Origin: Candidatus Latescibacterota bacterium | Lineage (GTDB): Bacteria > Latescibacterota > UBA2968 > GCA-2709665 | Direction: 5' to 3' | Length of the DNA stretch: 64,000 nt | NCBI GenBank assembly: GCA_965219995.1 | Contig: CBDCOX010000002.1 | Span: forward strand, 1,600,001-1,664,000 | In this document: positions 1-10,816 of the stretch, piece after piece | Position numbering within the stretch: position 1 is the first letter of the stretch | How the letters are laid out: each line of letters starts with the position of its first letter | Notes under the pieces: model-generated | Told to the model about the DNA's origin: nothing | Databases searched by the model: none | What the model saw: only the letters and a program-made list of their open reading frames with translations | Translations under genes and position numbers: made by a program

Positions 1-245
1 CGGACTCATAGGCGACCCATAGGCAGTGTTCGCCCAGTCTCGGGATGGCGAACCACCGCTGCGTCTCTGGGCAATCGATTTCGTCTATCTTCTCAGCACT
101 CTCGAGTATTGTGACATCGGGCCTTGTCAGAGGAAACGGATGATTTGCTATCATACCGTTTTCGAGAATCATGGCTTTCTCTCGGATGACTTGGCGAAAC
201 TTCAGGCCACTTCACACGTTGCGAAATTTGTACTCGTGACAAGGC

Positions 246-330
246 ACAAGACATTTGTGCGGCCGCGACGCCCGCGCTCGCCGGTTTGAGGGGTCGGGAT
301 GGTGTTGGTAACGCGGTCGTGGTGTTACAT
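246..330 (-). repeat. Degenerate attC site
   Basis: acaagac...ggccgcg...cgcggtc...gttacat just downstream of the DUF4365 gene; core AAC mutated to GAC. Confidence 0.5.
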
Positions 331-358
331 CTGAAGTTGGCGATTGCACTGAAACTTG

Positions 359-1303
359 CTATCTGGGTACCTCACCCAAGTTGTCGGAAACATCAAGACG
401 ATCGCTTACGCGTTGGGCCGCCATCGAAATCGCTTCGGCAACCGCTTGGGTGCCCTGCCCCGAGAGATTGGGGAATGCAGAGACGGCGAGGTAGCGATCT
501 AGGTGTCCCCACAAGTGTCGTAAGACTTCTTGGCCGTAGGTCGTTAGTGAGACTATGATGTCTGGAACCATGCAGAGTTCGTACCACATCAGTTCGAATT
601 CGCTGAAAAATGGATCAGTTATCCTGCTACCCCAGCATTTGACAACACATCGATGGATGAATTCATAGGCTTCTGAGCCTATCGTTATGCCGCCATTGTC
701 CCCAGCCATTCTAACCACTTCCGCGACTCGACACAGACGCAACTCAAGATAAGTCGCAGAACGGTTGGTGCAGGCTAACAGAAATTCTATTCCGGATATA
801 TGCCCTTGCCTAACTGGAAGGATCGCCTTCTGAAAGCCAAGGAGTGTGTCATCGACGGATGGGAGAACTGTATCGTCACGCGCCAGCTCTAAGAGATCCT
901 CTCGAGCACTTTTTTCGAAGTAGGAATCCCTACGCAGTAAAATTGGCCCTTCGTTCGCCAGCTGATGCTTGACCCTAGCATAGATCGTTAGATCCTCGGA
1001 TGGATCGTGAAGAATGAGGACGACTGGAAGATTTAGGCGTTGCCAGTATCGCCTATGCCTCTTGCTTGGGTAGTACTTGACGTGCATTGAGTTACTTTGA
1101 CGGAAGTAGCTTTCACCTGACTTGACCTGAACTGCGATAATGGATCCCGTACTGACTGCAGACTCGGGCGCAAGGAATTCGACCTGTCCGTCGATTCCCA
1201 GATCGGAGCTTGGCGTAGCGCGCCATATCGCGTCCATCTCCGCACAGACAGAGTGGACTTTCGCAAGCCCTCTATGTTCTTGAGTAACATTGCTGGGCCG
1301 CAA
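359..1303 (-). CDS. DUF4365-family PD-(D/E)XK nuclease-domain protein
   Basis: SDLGIDGQVEF and IIAVQVKSG motifs at the N-terminus. Confidence 0.75.
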   Translation of the reverse strand: MRPSNVTQEHRGLAKVHSVCAEMDAIWRATPSSDLGIDGQVEFLAPESAVSTGSIIAVQVKSGESYFRQSNSMHVKYYPSKRHRRYWQRLNLPVVLILHDPSEDLTIYARVKHQLANEGPILLRRDSYFEKSAREDLLELARDDTVLPSVDDTLLGFQKAILPVRQGHISGIEFLLACTNRSATYLELRLCRVAEVVRMAGDNGGITIGSEAYEFIHRCVVKCWGSRITDPFFSEFELMWYELCMVPDIIVSLTTYGQEVLRHLWGHLDRYLAVSAFPNLSGQGTQAVAEAISMAAQRVSDRLDVSDNLGEVPR

Positions 1304-1440
1304 AGGGTGAAGATCCTTGTTTTAATGGTGGGCGCTGCTTAGCAGAATCGGACAACCCTCCAAGCTCCAGCCACATACCGTTCTCGCCAATTTTAGGTGA
1401 CGTCCCGCGCACTTGCGAACTCAGGTCTTTCAGCGCTTTG

Positions 1441-1845
1441 TCATGTTTTTTTTAACTCTGCTATTACTTCGTTGATATAGCGCAGTCTAAATCTTTCAAA
1501 TCTATCAAGAACATAACAATCAATTGGTCTTACCTCATATGAAGGCATCCTTAGGAGTTCATCGAGCAACTGATCTCTGCTTGCAAGGAATAGCTTCCCA
1601 TACAGATAGCCATATACACACGATTTCGCTAGGTGTTCATCGTAAAGGAATTCATAATTGGGATTGAATTTGATTTTTTCCTTGATTTCTTTGCAGTAGT
1701 TTTCTGCGTCTTGGGCACGAAAACGGTATATGCTGCTGATTTGATCTTTGTCCCATTGTTCCATCGTGAAGTTCCTTTCTTCTTCAATGGAATTGTTCCG
1801 CTGCGAGAAGGGATAGAAGCTGCGAACCTTCCCCTCCACGGACAT
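1441..1845 (-). CDS. Hypothetical AT-rich cassette protein (start may be internal MEQWD)
   Basis: 134-aa ORF, visibly AT-rich, co-oriented with the array. Confidence 0.55.
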   Translation of the reverse strand: MSVEGKVRSFYPFSQRNNSIEEERNFTMEQWDKDQISSIYRFRAQDAENYCKEIKEKIKFNPNYEFLYDEHLAKSCVYGYLYGKLFLASRDQLLDELLRMPSYEVRPIDCYVLDRFERFRLRYINEVIAELKKT

Positions 1846-1985
1846 TCCGACTGTTTCGGGACGCTCCCCGATGATAGCGACTACAGCGAAGATCGGCGGT
1901 TTGTGTCAGGACGAAATTACGATGGGTTGCAGCAGCAACAGGCTGTTACATTACGATGATTTCCAATCGATACAAACGGAGTCTT

Positions 1986-2597
1986 TCAAGTTTGCCCCAC
2001 CTTCTGCGCTTCGATCAGGAATCTCCTTGCTGTGAACGCCAACTCATCGTCGCTATCAAGTCGGTGTTCTAGCCCCATCAGCGGCAGGCACGTCTGAAAG
2101 TCCAGGTCATCTTTCGAACGAGGATTCTTGGATTTGTACAGAAGTCGAACCTCAATCCGTATACAGGGAACACTCCTGTATGCAACGATCAAGTCTCCTC
2201 GTTGCCCGTCATTCAGCCTGCTGCGCTTGCTGAAACACCCGGCGCCTTCGCCTTCAGTCAACATGATCTGAAGCTGCCACGCCTGTATGCCGGTATGGCC
2301 CCAGATGTCATGTATCCCGTACGGCGAGTATTCTGACTCCGCCCACGGCCGCAATGAGCCGGATGGATCGGCCGCGTACAGATGCCAATCCGAGAGCCAG
2401 CGCTGTACGTCGATTTGCTGATCGCGAAACACGATGACGTCGATATCACCGTGGTCCCGAAAACGCTTTCCCACGAACTGCTCAACCGCATAGCCACCGG
2501 CGAGTCCCCACAGGAAAGGAGCGCCAACGAACAATTGCGTCATTTCCCGGACGGATAGAGGCTGCCAATTGCTGTAGGGAATCTCAGGAGTGGTCAT
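1986..2597 (-). CDS. Aminoglycoside-2''-adenylyltransferase-like nucleotidyltransferase
   Basis: WGLAGGYAVE...RDHGDIDV motif and LLYKSKNPRSKDDLDF C-terminal motif. Confidence 0.75.
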   Translation of the reverse strand: MTTPEIPYSNWQPLSVREMTQLFVGAPFLWGLAGGYAVEQFVGKRFRDHGDIDVIVFRDQQIDVQRWLSDWHLYAADPSGSLRPWAESEYSPYGIHDIWGHTGIQAWQLQIMLTEGEGAGCFSKRSRLNDGQRGDLIVAYRSVPCIRIEVRLLYKSKNPRSKDDLDFQTCLPLMGLEHRLDSDDELAFTARRFLIEAQKVGQT

Positions 2598-2627
2598 AAA
2601 GTTCGCATTCTGCGCGTGAAAGATGTC

Positions 2628-2719
2628 CGCTAACGTGACTCACGATATGCGATCCTGTGAAGCAGGTTGCCGAGGGCCAAGCCGCCGAAGGCGGCGAAGC
2701 GCAAACCAACGCGTTAGAA
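2628..2719 (-). repeat. attC site
   Basis: cgctaac...gccgccgaaggcggcgaagcgcaa...gttagaa; 16 bp past the stop of the 2736 gene. Confidence 0.8.
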
Positions 2720-2735
2720 GACGTGCGTAAAGCAT

Positions 2736-3507
2736 CTATACGGCAAGCGAGTCGTAATTCTCATTAAGCCACGTGTTTTCTTCTTCCAGTTCCGCAAGAT
2801 CCCCACGCTGGTAGAAGATGGACCAGGGGAGGAGTCCTTGCCTGCCCAGAGTCTCGGTCCTTCGGTACTCTTCCAGTTGCAGCTCGTTCAAGGTGTCTAA
2901 AATCGCGTTGGCGTCCGTGCCGAACGTGTCAGAAACGACTGCTAACCTGGACCTGAAATCCGGCTCTTCGGAAAATCCAGCCTCTCTCCAGTGGTCTTCG
3001 CCTCGGAGAGGCACCGCGTACCAGGCAAAACTGGCTGACATCGCAGAGAGGATCACCTGGTTCAGCGAAATCCCAGTCGATTACTCCTTTGAAGGTTCGC
3101 CCTTCCCAGACAGTATTCCAGGGTCCAAGATCCCCGTGTCGGATGGTCATCCCCGGTTGCCAGTTCACATTGGGAACAACCCATTCAGCATCCTCGGGAG
3201 GCTCGAAATCCCTCACTGCATCGTGATATCCGGACAGGAATCGCGCGACCTCAGCCAGGCCCTCTTCCTCAAGCATCACGTCCGGCCAAGGTCGCCGGGC
3301 AACCTCGCCAGGTATAAACGAAAGCACCTCGCGCCCGAGTTCGTCGAATCCGAGGGCACGAGGAACACCTGAAAAGCCAACCGCCTCCAGGTAGCGCAGC
3401 AAGGAATGGACGGCCGGAGTCCACCGATGGACAGGTCTGCGCACGGTGTCTCCAATCCGCACAACGGGATTGACACAACCCCGGGCGGATTCGCCCTCTT
3501 GCATCAT
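2736..3507 (-). pseudogene. Frameshifted aminoglycoside-phosphotransferase-family kinase
   Basis: HGDLGPWN and IDWD motifs in 2929..3507; C-terminus continues in frame 2736..3056 (FAWYAVPLRG); one extra base in the aaaa run at 3027-3030. Confidence 0.75.
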
Positions 3508-4260
3508 CGTCAGATCCTCCCGAGCCTGATAAGTGATTACCGCCCTTCAGGCCGGTGTTCCGCGCCAGAAATCGTTGTACGCCGCCAGGGGCCCGTCCCC
3601 GTGCGGCCCGGTAGCCAGATCCAGCCCCCCAAAGAGATAGACGGACTCGCCCCCCACTGCCATAACGGGGATTCGCCTGACACCGGGACGTTCGGCGCCG
3701 GCAGAGTAGTCCTTCGCACCGTTGTGTGGATACAGACAGTCCCACCGGCCGGCACGAAGATCGTACTGCCACAGATCGTTCAGCTGGGGGTGCTCCCCTT
3801 TCCCTCCTGCAAATCCTCCGAACAGATACAGGTGATCTCCGATTACAGCGTGTCCCAGCCCGTACCGAGGGGAAGGCCGCGTTACATCATCCGCCCGGTT
3901 CTCCTGAATGCAGGTCCAGGCGCCTTTGTCGGGATCGAATTCCCACAGATCGTTGAAGAACTCCGGCGTTCGCCCCTGACTGTCCCGACCGCCCCACAGG
4001 TAGAGCCTGCCGTTCCAGCCGGCAAGCACGGGACAGTATCGTTTCGGCGGCCAACCGTCGCGCCCATTCGATGCAGGCCCCAGGTACTCCCATCTCCCGG
4101 CCGGTGCCCCGTAGGTCCACAGCTGTGCGTGCGTCATCGCGCCATGCCCCCCCATCAGATACAGGGAGTCGCCCAGAGCAACCGCCCCCATCCCGCCGTA
4201 CCCGGCGGGGCGATGCCCCTCCGCCGCAATTCCTGATGCGCGCCCGTCGTCGGGCTCTAA

Positions 4261-5813
4261 CCTCAATGTGAAATAAATCAGGCTGCATTCTGTAGTGCGT
4301 TGCAGATTTTGCGGTATTGTTTTTCGGTGTGCTTGTTGCGTTGGAGACGCAGGGTAAGCCGCCCTTCGGGTCGGATAAGGTGTCCGGCGCGGTTGATGAT
4401 CTCGAACCGGAGGGTGCGTATGGATTTGAGGGGCCATCGGTTGGTATTTTTCAAGGTGCGATTGCGTTGTGTCAGTCCGGTTTCGATCTGGAAGTTGACC
4501 AGGAGGTTGTGCGCGAGAATGACGAACTGTTGCCAGGCACTATTGGCGTTGTAATCGTGTGTGGGGATGGTATCGAAGCTGAGACCGGTCTTGAGTTCCC
4601 CGATGGCTTTTTCGTGCATGCCGCGCCCTGCCATGAAGCGCCAGAGCGCGCGCAACTTGAAGGGTAGATTGCTGGCCACGGCAGAGTATTCGAAGGTGCC
4701 GTCATCGGGATCGAACAGGTCCAACTGGTAATTCTTGCGGGTTTTATGGAAGACGCGTTTTCGAAAGATGGCAATGTTGAGGGTGCGTTCCCATTTTTTG
4801 ACCGTCAGCGTTGACGGAAAGCCGTCGACGCCTTTCTCGATGCGCTGCCAGTTGCTGCATTGACGGATTTTGTGCTGTAAGTCCAGGCCATTCCAAAAGG
4901 GAACCTTGATGGCATACGAGGCCTTGTTCTTGATAAGCGTGTTCACCACATCCTCTTTGAAAAAGTCGCCATCCATGCGGAATCGCAGGGAGTAGGCGTG
5001 TCCCAGGCTTTCTTTGATCTGAGAGAACACATCCTTTAGAAACTCGATGGAGGCGCTGCCATCGTTGATGTTGCCGGGCCGGTTGTGCGCGCGGAGAAAA
5101 TGACCACTGTCGGCCAGATAAGCGGTAATCGGATAGTAACTGGGGACTTTGCGATGATGCGGATTATACCCACGGCGGGCGCCGTCGACGCGTTTGCCCG
5201 TGCACAAGACGGTGCCGTCCACGTCGATCGTCAATTTTCGTGCGCGCAACAACTTGATCTTATGAGCAACCACGGCGGCGTTGAGGGCTTTCAGGGCGTC
5301 GAGACCCTTGTCGGTAAACCGTCTCAGAAACAGGCTCATGCTGCGGGGCGTCGGTAGATCCTTCAGACCGCAGAACCGCTGCAGCAGGGGATCTCCTTTC
5401 AAGAAATCCAGATGCCGCAACCGACGGCCGCCTACCACCAGCAAACCCAACAGAACACGGGAAAGGCTCACCACACCGAAGTCGCCGCCAAAGCACGCAC
5501 TGCCCAGGTGACGGCGCAATTGTCTGTTCCAATCGATGGTTCGCAAATACCGCATCAACAGCTCCAAACCCGCATACGAGGTGAGGCCTTCACCCGTGAA
5601 TTCGATCTTCAAATCGTCGTTGACACGCGCGTGCAAATCCGCTTTCTTTCGTCTCACTGTACGTGGCCTTTCGTTTTGGGTGAATTGGGGGTTTCGTCGC
5701 TTCCCAATATACCAAAATGGAAGGCCTTTTCCTATTGATAAATATAGACTTATTCGTGTTTTCGCCTGGTCTTCAATGCTCCGAATTTCATCAACATTAT
5801 TTTCGCATTGAGG
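4261..5813 (-). mobile_element. IS1380-family insertion sequence, apparently intact
   Basis: Terminal inverted repeats cctcaatgtgaaataa / ttattttcgcattgagg; 4-bp target duplication CTAA at 4257-4260 and 5814-5817. Confidence 0.92.
4278..5657 (-). CDS. IS1380-family DDE transposase
   Basis: LTSYAGL, IDVDGT, GYNP, RMDGDF, RGMHEKAIGELK motifs; 459 aa between the TIRs. Confidence 0.9.
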   Translation of the reverse strand: MRRKKADLHARVNDDLKIEFTGEGLTSYAGLELLMRYLRTIDWNRQLRRHLGSACFGGDFGVVSLSRVLLGLLVVGGRRLRHLDFLKGDPLLQRFCGLKDLPTPRSMSLFLRRFTDKGLDALKALNAAVVAHKIKLLRARKLTIDVDGTVLCTGKRVDGARRGYNPHHRKVPSYYPITAYLADSGHFLRAHNRPGNINDGSASIEFLKDVFSQIKESLGHAYSLRFRMDGDFFKEDVVNTLIKNKASYAIKVPFWNGLDLQHKIRQCSNWQRIEKGVDGFPSTLTVKKWERTLNIAIFRKRVFHKTRKNYQLDLFDPDDGTFEYSAVASNLPFKLRALWRFMAGRGMHEKAIGELKTGLSFDTIPTHDYNANSAWQQFVILAHNLLVNFQIETGLTQRNRTLKNTNRWPLKSIRTLRFEIINRAGHLIRPEGRLTLRLQRNKHTEKQYRKICNALQNAA

Positions 5814-6355
5814 CTAACAGCTCCCACGAGGCTGTCTTCGGATCATAGGCCCAGAGATCGTTCAGCTTGATCTCCCCCTTTCCGGGCCCACGCACCGAGG
5901 ACCCGCCGAAAAGGTAAAGCCTGCCGTTCATTGGCAGCCAGGTCGTGAGCTTCCGGGTGCACGGTCTGGTATCGGACGGTCTGAACCCGATGCGCCCATT
6001 GTGGTCTTCCAACCGCGTCCACCGGCCTCGACCCGGGTCGTAGCGCCACAGGTCGTTCAATGAGCCCTGGACGGAAAGATCTCCAGGCCCTTTCGGCCGG
6101 CCGTACATCACTTTTATCCCGCCGAACAGGTAGACGCATCCATTGTAGCTCAACATCCCGCCGAAGGCCGCCCGCCTGCAGGGTACATCCTCGGCCTGCT
6201 CCTGGTCCGGATACAGCAGTTCCCACTTCATAGTGGACCTCCGCACCGCCTGACTTGTGATTCTGCGGAGAAAGTTCGGCATATTCCATTCGTAGCCGAT
6301 CCCCGAGTCGGCGAAGCGACGAGTCCCGCAGATAAGTCCCGCAACGGGCGCATGC

Positions 6356-7732
6356 CTACCTGCTGAACGCGTCGGGCCTGCTGGATTCCGAGGGCCAGTA
6401 CCCGTCGCGGCTCGGGTGCCAGCGCTTGCCGCACAGGTCGGAGATCACGCTCCATTCGGGGGCGCTCAGATCAGGGTCCGGCTGGAACAGGAAGCGCTGC
6501 AGGCCGGCCCGCTCGGAGGCGGTCAGGATGCCGTGCAGGTCGCGGGCGGTCATGGGCTCGCCCCCGTGCGGACGGCGCCCCGTCGATACCCAGGCGATCA
6601 CCTTGTTCACATCCCCGATGGCCTCCAGCGCTCGGCGCGTCTCGTTGTACACCAGCTCCGAGAAGAACTCCTCGGGGAACCCCAGTTCCATGTCCGCCAG
6701 GGTCTGCACCCCGGGAAGCTCCAGCCCCAGGAAGGCCTTGACCACGGCGAAGCCGTCTGCCTCCAACAGGGTCGGGTTCCAGTCCAGGACCTGCTGCACC
6801 CAGCGGGCCATGGTGCCGTAGAGGCCGTCATTCCCGCGGTGCCAGAAGTAGTGCTTGGGGAAGACGTAGTCGAAGTACTCCGCCATCTCGCCAAATTCGT
6901 GCCCGGTCAGTGACGAGAAAGCGGCGGTGCGCGGAATGCCCCCCAGCTCCACCTTCCCTCCCACTCTCTGCATCTGCGCGTGCACGGCGTGCATGAACCC
7001 CCGCGCCGCTTCGCGGCGGGCGCGCAGCCAGTACAGGGCATCCTCGTTCAGGTCGAACAGGTTCAGTGCCCCCAGCATGCCGCCGGACGCGTGGTAGCGC
7101 ACCAGATCCGGAGTCAGGTTGTGGAAACGCTCGTTCAGGTGCGCCATGCCGCGGGCGACGCGCTCCACATCGGCGCCGATGGCTTCCAGGCGGTGCCGCA
7201 TGCGACCGTCCAGTTCCAGTAGGGCCTGACCCCGATGGAAGGCAAGTTCGTAGAAGGTCTCACCGGGCTGGTCCAGGATGACGCCGTGGGCCTGGGGATA
7301 GGCACTGGCCAGGTCGTGCACCCCGGCGGCCACCTCGATGGCCCCGAAAGGGTCCTCCTCCTCGGCCAGGCCGCTGGTGGTACCCTGGCCCCGCTGGTAG
7401 AGCAGCCGGAGCCCGTCTCTGGAGTCGAAGATCATGATGTGCCAGCCCCGGGAGGCGGCGTTGTCGAGGAGCGCGTGGAGCTGCTTCTCCCTCTCGGGGG
7501 TGCGGGCCGTTTCCGGGGGCGGCTTGATGCCGAACGCGGCGTACACCTTTGGGTCCGCCGCAAACGAGGGGGTGAGGGTGTCCCCCCACAACGGCATGCC
7601 GGCCTCGTTCCTGAGCCACATCCGTCCCACCACGATGCCGCCCACCCCTCCCGCCTCCCACGCGTCGAAGATGCGCGGATAGTCGTCCAGCCAGCGCTCC
7701 AGGGGATTGTGCACGAAGATCCAGGGTACCAT
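6356..7732 (-). CDS. Uncharacterised 458-aa enzyme-like protein (possible TIM barrel); paralog of 13018..14331
   Basis: GC-rich ORF with RBS; shares FPKHY(F/Y)WHRGxDGxYGT and KVIAWVSTGRRPHGG with the 437-aa ORF. Confidence 0.8.
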   Translation of the reverse strand: MVPWIFVHNPLERWLDDYPRIFDAWEAGGVGGIVVGRMWLRNEAGMPLWGDTLTPSFAADPKVYAAFGIKPPPETARTPEREKQLHALLDNAASRGWHIMIFDSRDGLRLLYQRGQGTTSGLAEEEDPFGAIEVAAGVHDLASAYPQAHGVILDQPGETFYELAFHRGQALLELDGRMRHRLEAIGADVERVARGMAHLNERFHNLTPDLVRYHASGGMLGALNLFDLNEDALYWLRARREAARGFMHAVHAQMQRVGGKVELGGIPRTAAFSSLTGHEFGEMAEYFDYVFPKHYFWHRGNDGLYGTMARWVQQVLDWNPTLLEADGFAVVKAFLGLELPGVQTLADMELGFPEEFFSELVYNETRRALEAIGDVNKVIAWVSTGRRPHGGEPMTARDLHGILTASERAGLQRFLFQPDPDLSAPEWSVISDLCGKRWHPSRDGYWPSESSRPDAFSR

Positions 7733-7857
7733 CGCGTCACCTCTCTCTGGGGTTACCCCAGTTTAGTGGACGGTTCCTTAACTGCACATTCAATGAGCAT
7801 CCACAGCCACTTCGGTCTTCGCATGCAACTACGGAATCTCCTTTAAGAAATGCCCTG

Positions 7858-8142
7858 TCAGGCCGGTGCTCCGCGCCAGAAATCGTTGTACGCCGCCAGC
7901 GGCCCGTCCCCGCGCGGCCCGGTAGCCAGGTCGTGAGCTTCCGGGTACACGGTCTGGTATCGGACGGTCTGAACCCGATGCGCCCATCGTGGTCTTCCAA
8001 CCGCGTCCACCGGCCTCGACGCGGGTCGTAGCGCCACAGGTCGTTCAATGAGCCCTGGCCGGATGCAGAAGTTCCCACTTCATCGTTGACCTCCGAACGG
8101 TGTGACTTGTGATTCTGGGGTGAAAGTCCGGCGAATTCCATT
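7858..8142 (-). pseudogene. Internally deleted second copy of the Kelch gene
   Basis: Three blocks matching 3547-3618, 5936-6070 and 6207-6290 joined at agccag and cctgg microhomologies. Confidence 0.88.
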
Positions 8143-8203
8143 GGTTGCCAAAAACCCGATACAGTTTATTCGCGGCGGATGATTGTTGAACCCACAATTG
8201 GCT

Positions 8204-9661
8204 TCAGGACGCATAAAGAGCAAACAGCCTGGCGCGGTCCAGGTACACTTTGACCTTGACCCCTCCTCGTGCCTGCGAGACCATCTTCTCTTCGAGCCCA
8301 CCCACATTAACTCCGACTGCGCCCGGCGGATCGCTTTTCCATTGTACCCGGTACTCCGTATCATTCGCCGAGAAGGGTATGCAGTCTTCTTTGCCAAAAC
8401 CCGGCACGACCCGGTCAAACGGATCGACGATCTCCACTCTCAGCGACCCGCCTGTCGCATCGGCGTTGATCCACAATGCATTGGCCTCGATACTCAGCGG
8501 GACCGTGGTCACGACCCCCTGCGCCTCCGTCTTCAGACAGACCAGCCGGTCCTTTTCGATCTTTGCCAGATTGATTCCCCGCCGGGATTCTTCGCCGTAG
8601 CGCGTCCCCTCGCCGTGCAATTCGTTTGAGCAGCTGTGATAGACCCAGATTTCATCGCCGCGCACAAACGGGGCATGGGACGGATAGACACTTCCACTGT
8701 CGTGGCTGCCGCGGGGGCCGCATTCCAGAATCGGTTCGCGGTTGCCGGCCCGATGCCAGGTCCGGCCGTTCTTCGAGTAGGTCAATTGGACGTCCATCCG
8801 GTTCATCCATTCGGGCATCCAATCTTCGATCCGGTTCCGGGCGATCCACCCCTCGTGGAGCGTATGAAACACGGACAGGAAGCCGATCCGAAAGCCGCGA
8901 TACGCCAGCGAACTCATGCCGTAAAACTCCTGGTCCTGCGGCGGATCGTACTCATCGGGCGCGACGATGATCTTGCGCGGGGTCCAGTTTTCGAAATCAT
9001 CACTCTCGGCCATGCAAATGATGCGCACGTTAGGCCGTCCCCGAAGATAAACGACGTAGCGGTGAATTTTCGCGTCCCAATAAGCGACCAGGTGGGTATC
9101 CGAGCCCTGTGGAATGACCGGGTTGAGCCAGCGCTGGGGCACGTCCCAATGAATCCCGTCGGCAGAATACGCCACACATACCGGCTGCACAATGCCGGCG
9201 AATATCATGTCTCCGCTCTGGAACATAAAGAGCATCTTGTAGCGCCTGGCCGGGTCTGTTTCGATAGGGTCTTTCATGACTCCTGTCCCGGCCCCCCACC
9301 TCAGAAAGGGGAAGACCAGGTTATTCTCTTTGCTGCCGCCATCCTCGACGAGGTTGAGGATGGGTTTTTCCCAGTGGATGCCGTCCCTGGACACGGCGTA
9401 GGCCAGCCCGTCCGCCGCTTCGCCGCGCGCTTCGCTCAATCTTCGGCTCACGCCGTACCACATCTTGAAGATGTCTTCGTCGTCGTCGTACAGGACGTTG
9501 ACGTAGCCCCCGATCAGCCACTCCTCTTCCCAGGCCCGATCCTTCTCAATCAACGGTTGTTGCGAGACCTTCTTTGCGGGTACGACCCATTGCACGACGC
9601 TGTCGAGACTTTCGACAAACGTATTGTCAATGAATAGGTAGGCCGCTTTCTCGTCCGTCAT
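8204..9661 (-). CDS. Glycosidase-like five-bladed beta-propeller protein
   Basis: FKMWY, AYAVSRDGIHWEKP, SADGIHW, SKNGRTW Asp-box-like repeats; RBS ggag before MTDEKA. Confidence 0.75.
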   Translation of the reverse strand: MTDEKAAYLFIDNTFVESLDSVVQWVVPAKKVSQQPLIEKDRAWEEEWLIGGYVNVLYDDDEDIFKMWYGVSRRLSEARGEAADGLAYAVSRDGIHWEKPILNLVEDGGSKENNLVFPFLRWGAGTGVMKDPIETDPARRYKMLFMFQSGDMIFAGIVQPVCVAYSADGIHWDVPQRWLNPVIPQGSDTHLVAYWDAKIHRYVVYLRGRPNVRIICMAESDDFENWTPRKIIVAPDEYDPPQDQEFYGMSSLAYRGFRIGFLSVFHTLHEGWIARNRIEDWMPEWMNRMDVQLTYSKNGRTWHRAGNREPILECGPRGSHDSGSVYPSHAPFVRGDEIWVYHSCSNELHGEGTRYGEESRRGINLAKIEKDRLVCLKTEAQGVVTTVPLSIEANALWINADATGGSLRVEIVDPFDRVVPGFGKEDCIPFSANDTEYRVQWKSDPPGAVGVNVGGLEEKMVSQARGGVKVKVYLDRARLFALYAS

Positions 9662-9839
9662 TGGTCTCTCCGTGTATTGAATAACTCCCTGATCTGCGCG
9701 AACGAGCAAAGCTTACAATGAGACCGAGAGGTGAATCCACTCGCCGTGATGCGATCAGGATGGAGTGGCTATTGTCTCTTGTGCGCAATTTTCCGGGTTG
9801 GAGTGTTGGGTTGCGGCCGATTCCTCGCTCTTACACAAC

Positions 9840-10715
9840 CTATATCTCAACAGTCGTAAGCTCGTCAGGACGCACGATACAACCGCTATATCCATTCCCA
9901 TGGTAGCCCCGGCGGAGCCTGCCGACGATGTCCTCACTGCGCGGCGAACCGCAGTGGATGACCACGACCCTCGATATTCCAGCTTCATTAGCGATGTCAA
10001 CGACCTCTGATATGTCCGCGCTGACGCCCCGGATCGGGTGCGAAGCATCTTCGTCATTCTCTTTGAAATTGCGCATGGAGAGCCCCGTAACGAATGTATC
10101 AACCCCCCTGGCCAATGGCCTCAGTTCGGGACAGTCCGCTGCATCGCACAGGAAGAGCACGCTGCCGCTATCCGTATCGATCCGGTACGCCAGCTCGGTC
10201 AGGTAAGGCTCGACGTGAGGAACCTGTACAGCCGTCGCCTTCCAACCTTTGCCCTCGACAACCGCTCCTGAACTGATATCGGATACATCGACCTTCATGC
10301 CCGGACGGGGAAGCGTTCCGCCTCTCCCCACGTGCCCGTGGTGGCTGATGTGGTGTTTTCGACGCGCAACGATGTCGGGAAGGAAGGCGCCGTCCTTGCC
10401 AAAAAGGCGATCGACGAATTTGAAAGTCGGAGGCGGACCAAAGACTCTGAGGCGAGGAAGATCGCCGGGGTCGAGATCGAACCGTAGCAAGGCAAAGCAC
10501 GGGAAATCAACGATATGATCCGAATGATGGTGAGTCAGGAAAATCGAATTCACCTGTGTAGGGCTCATTCCCATGCGTGCCATCTTGTAGGTTGTGCCGG
10601 GGCCGCAGTCAACCATGATACGATCGTCACCGATCTCGAGAATGCAGGAACACCCGTAGCGTTCACCCATACGGCTGGGACGAGGACCACCATTTCCGAG
10701 AATGTGTAGCTTCAT
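9840..10715 (-). CDS. MBL-fold metallo-hydrolase (RNase Z/BN-like)
   Basis: MKLHILG, VDCGPG, FLTHHHSDH motifs. Confidence 0.85.
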   Translation of the reverse strand: MKLHILGNGGPRPSRMGERYGCSCILEIGDDRIMVDCGPGTTYKMARMGMSPTQVNSIFLTHHHSDHIVDFPCFALLRFDLDPGDLPRLRVFGPPPTFKFVDRLFGKDGAFLPDIVARRKHHISHHGHVGRGGTLPRPGMKVDVSDISSGAVVEGKGWKATAVQVPHVEPYLTELAYRIDTDSGSVLFLCDAADCPELRPLARGVDTFVTGLSMRNFKENDEDASHPIRGVSADISEVVDIANEAGISRVVVIHCGSPRSEDIVGRLRRGYHGNGYSGCIVRPDELTTVEI

Positions 10716-10816
10716 TTGGCCGTCACCGGGTAACCATTCACTTATTGTGCACTCATATTGGTCTTCTCGCCGCCAACTCTTGCTTATGACGATCAAGTCT
10801 CCCCGTTTCCCGCCTC

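Larger units (their letters stand above)
3547..6231 (-). pseudogene. Kelch-repeat beta-propeller protein interrupted by IS1380
   Basis: Repeated YLFGG...NDLW motifs on both sides; removing the IS and one CTAA restores ...WELL-EPDDGR in frame. Confidence 0.9.

Noticed and set aside
7858-8142. Kelch remnant as a diversity-generating-retroelement template repeat
   Set aside because: No reverse transcriptase in the window, mismatches are not confined to adenines, and the structure fits deletions
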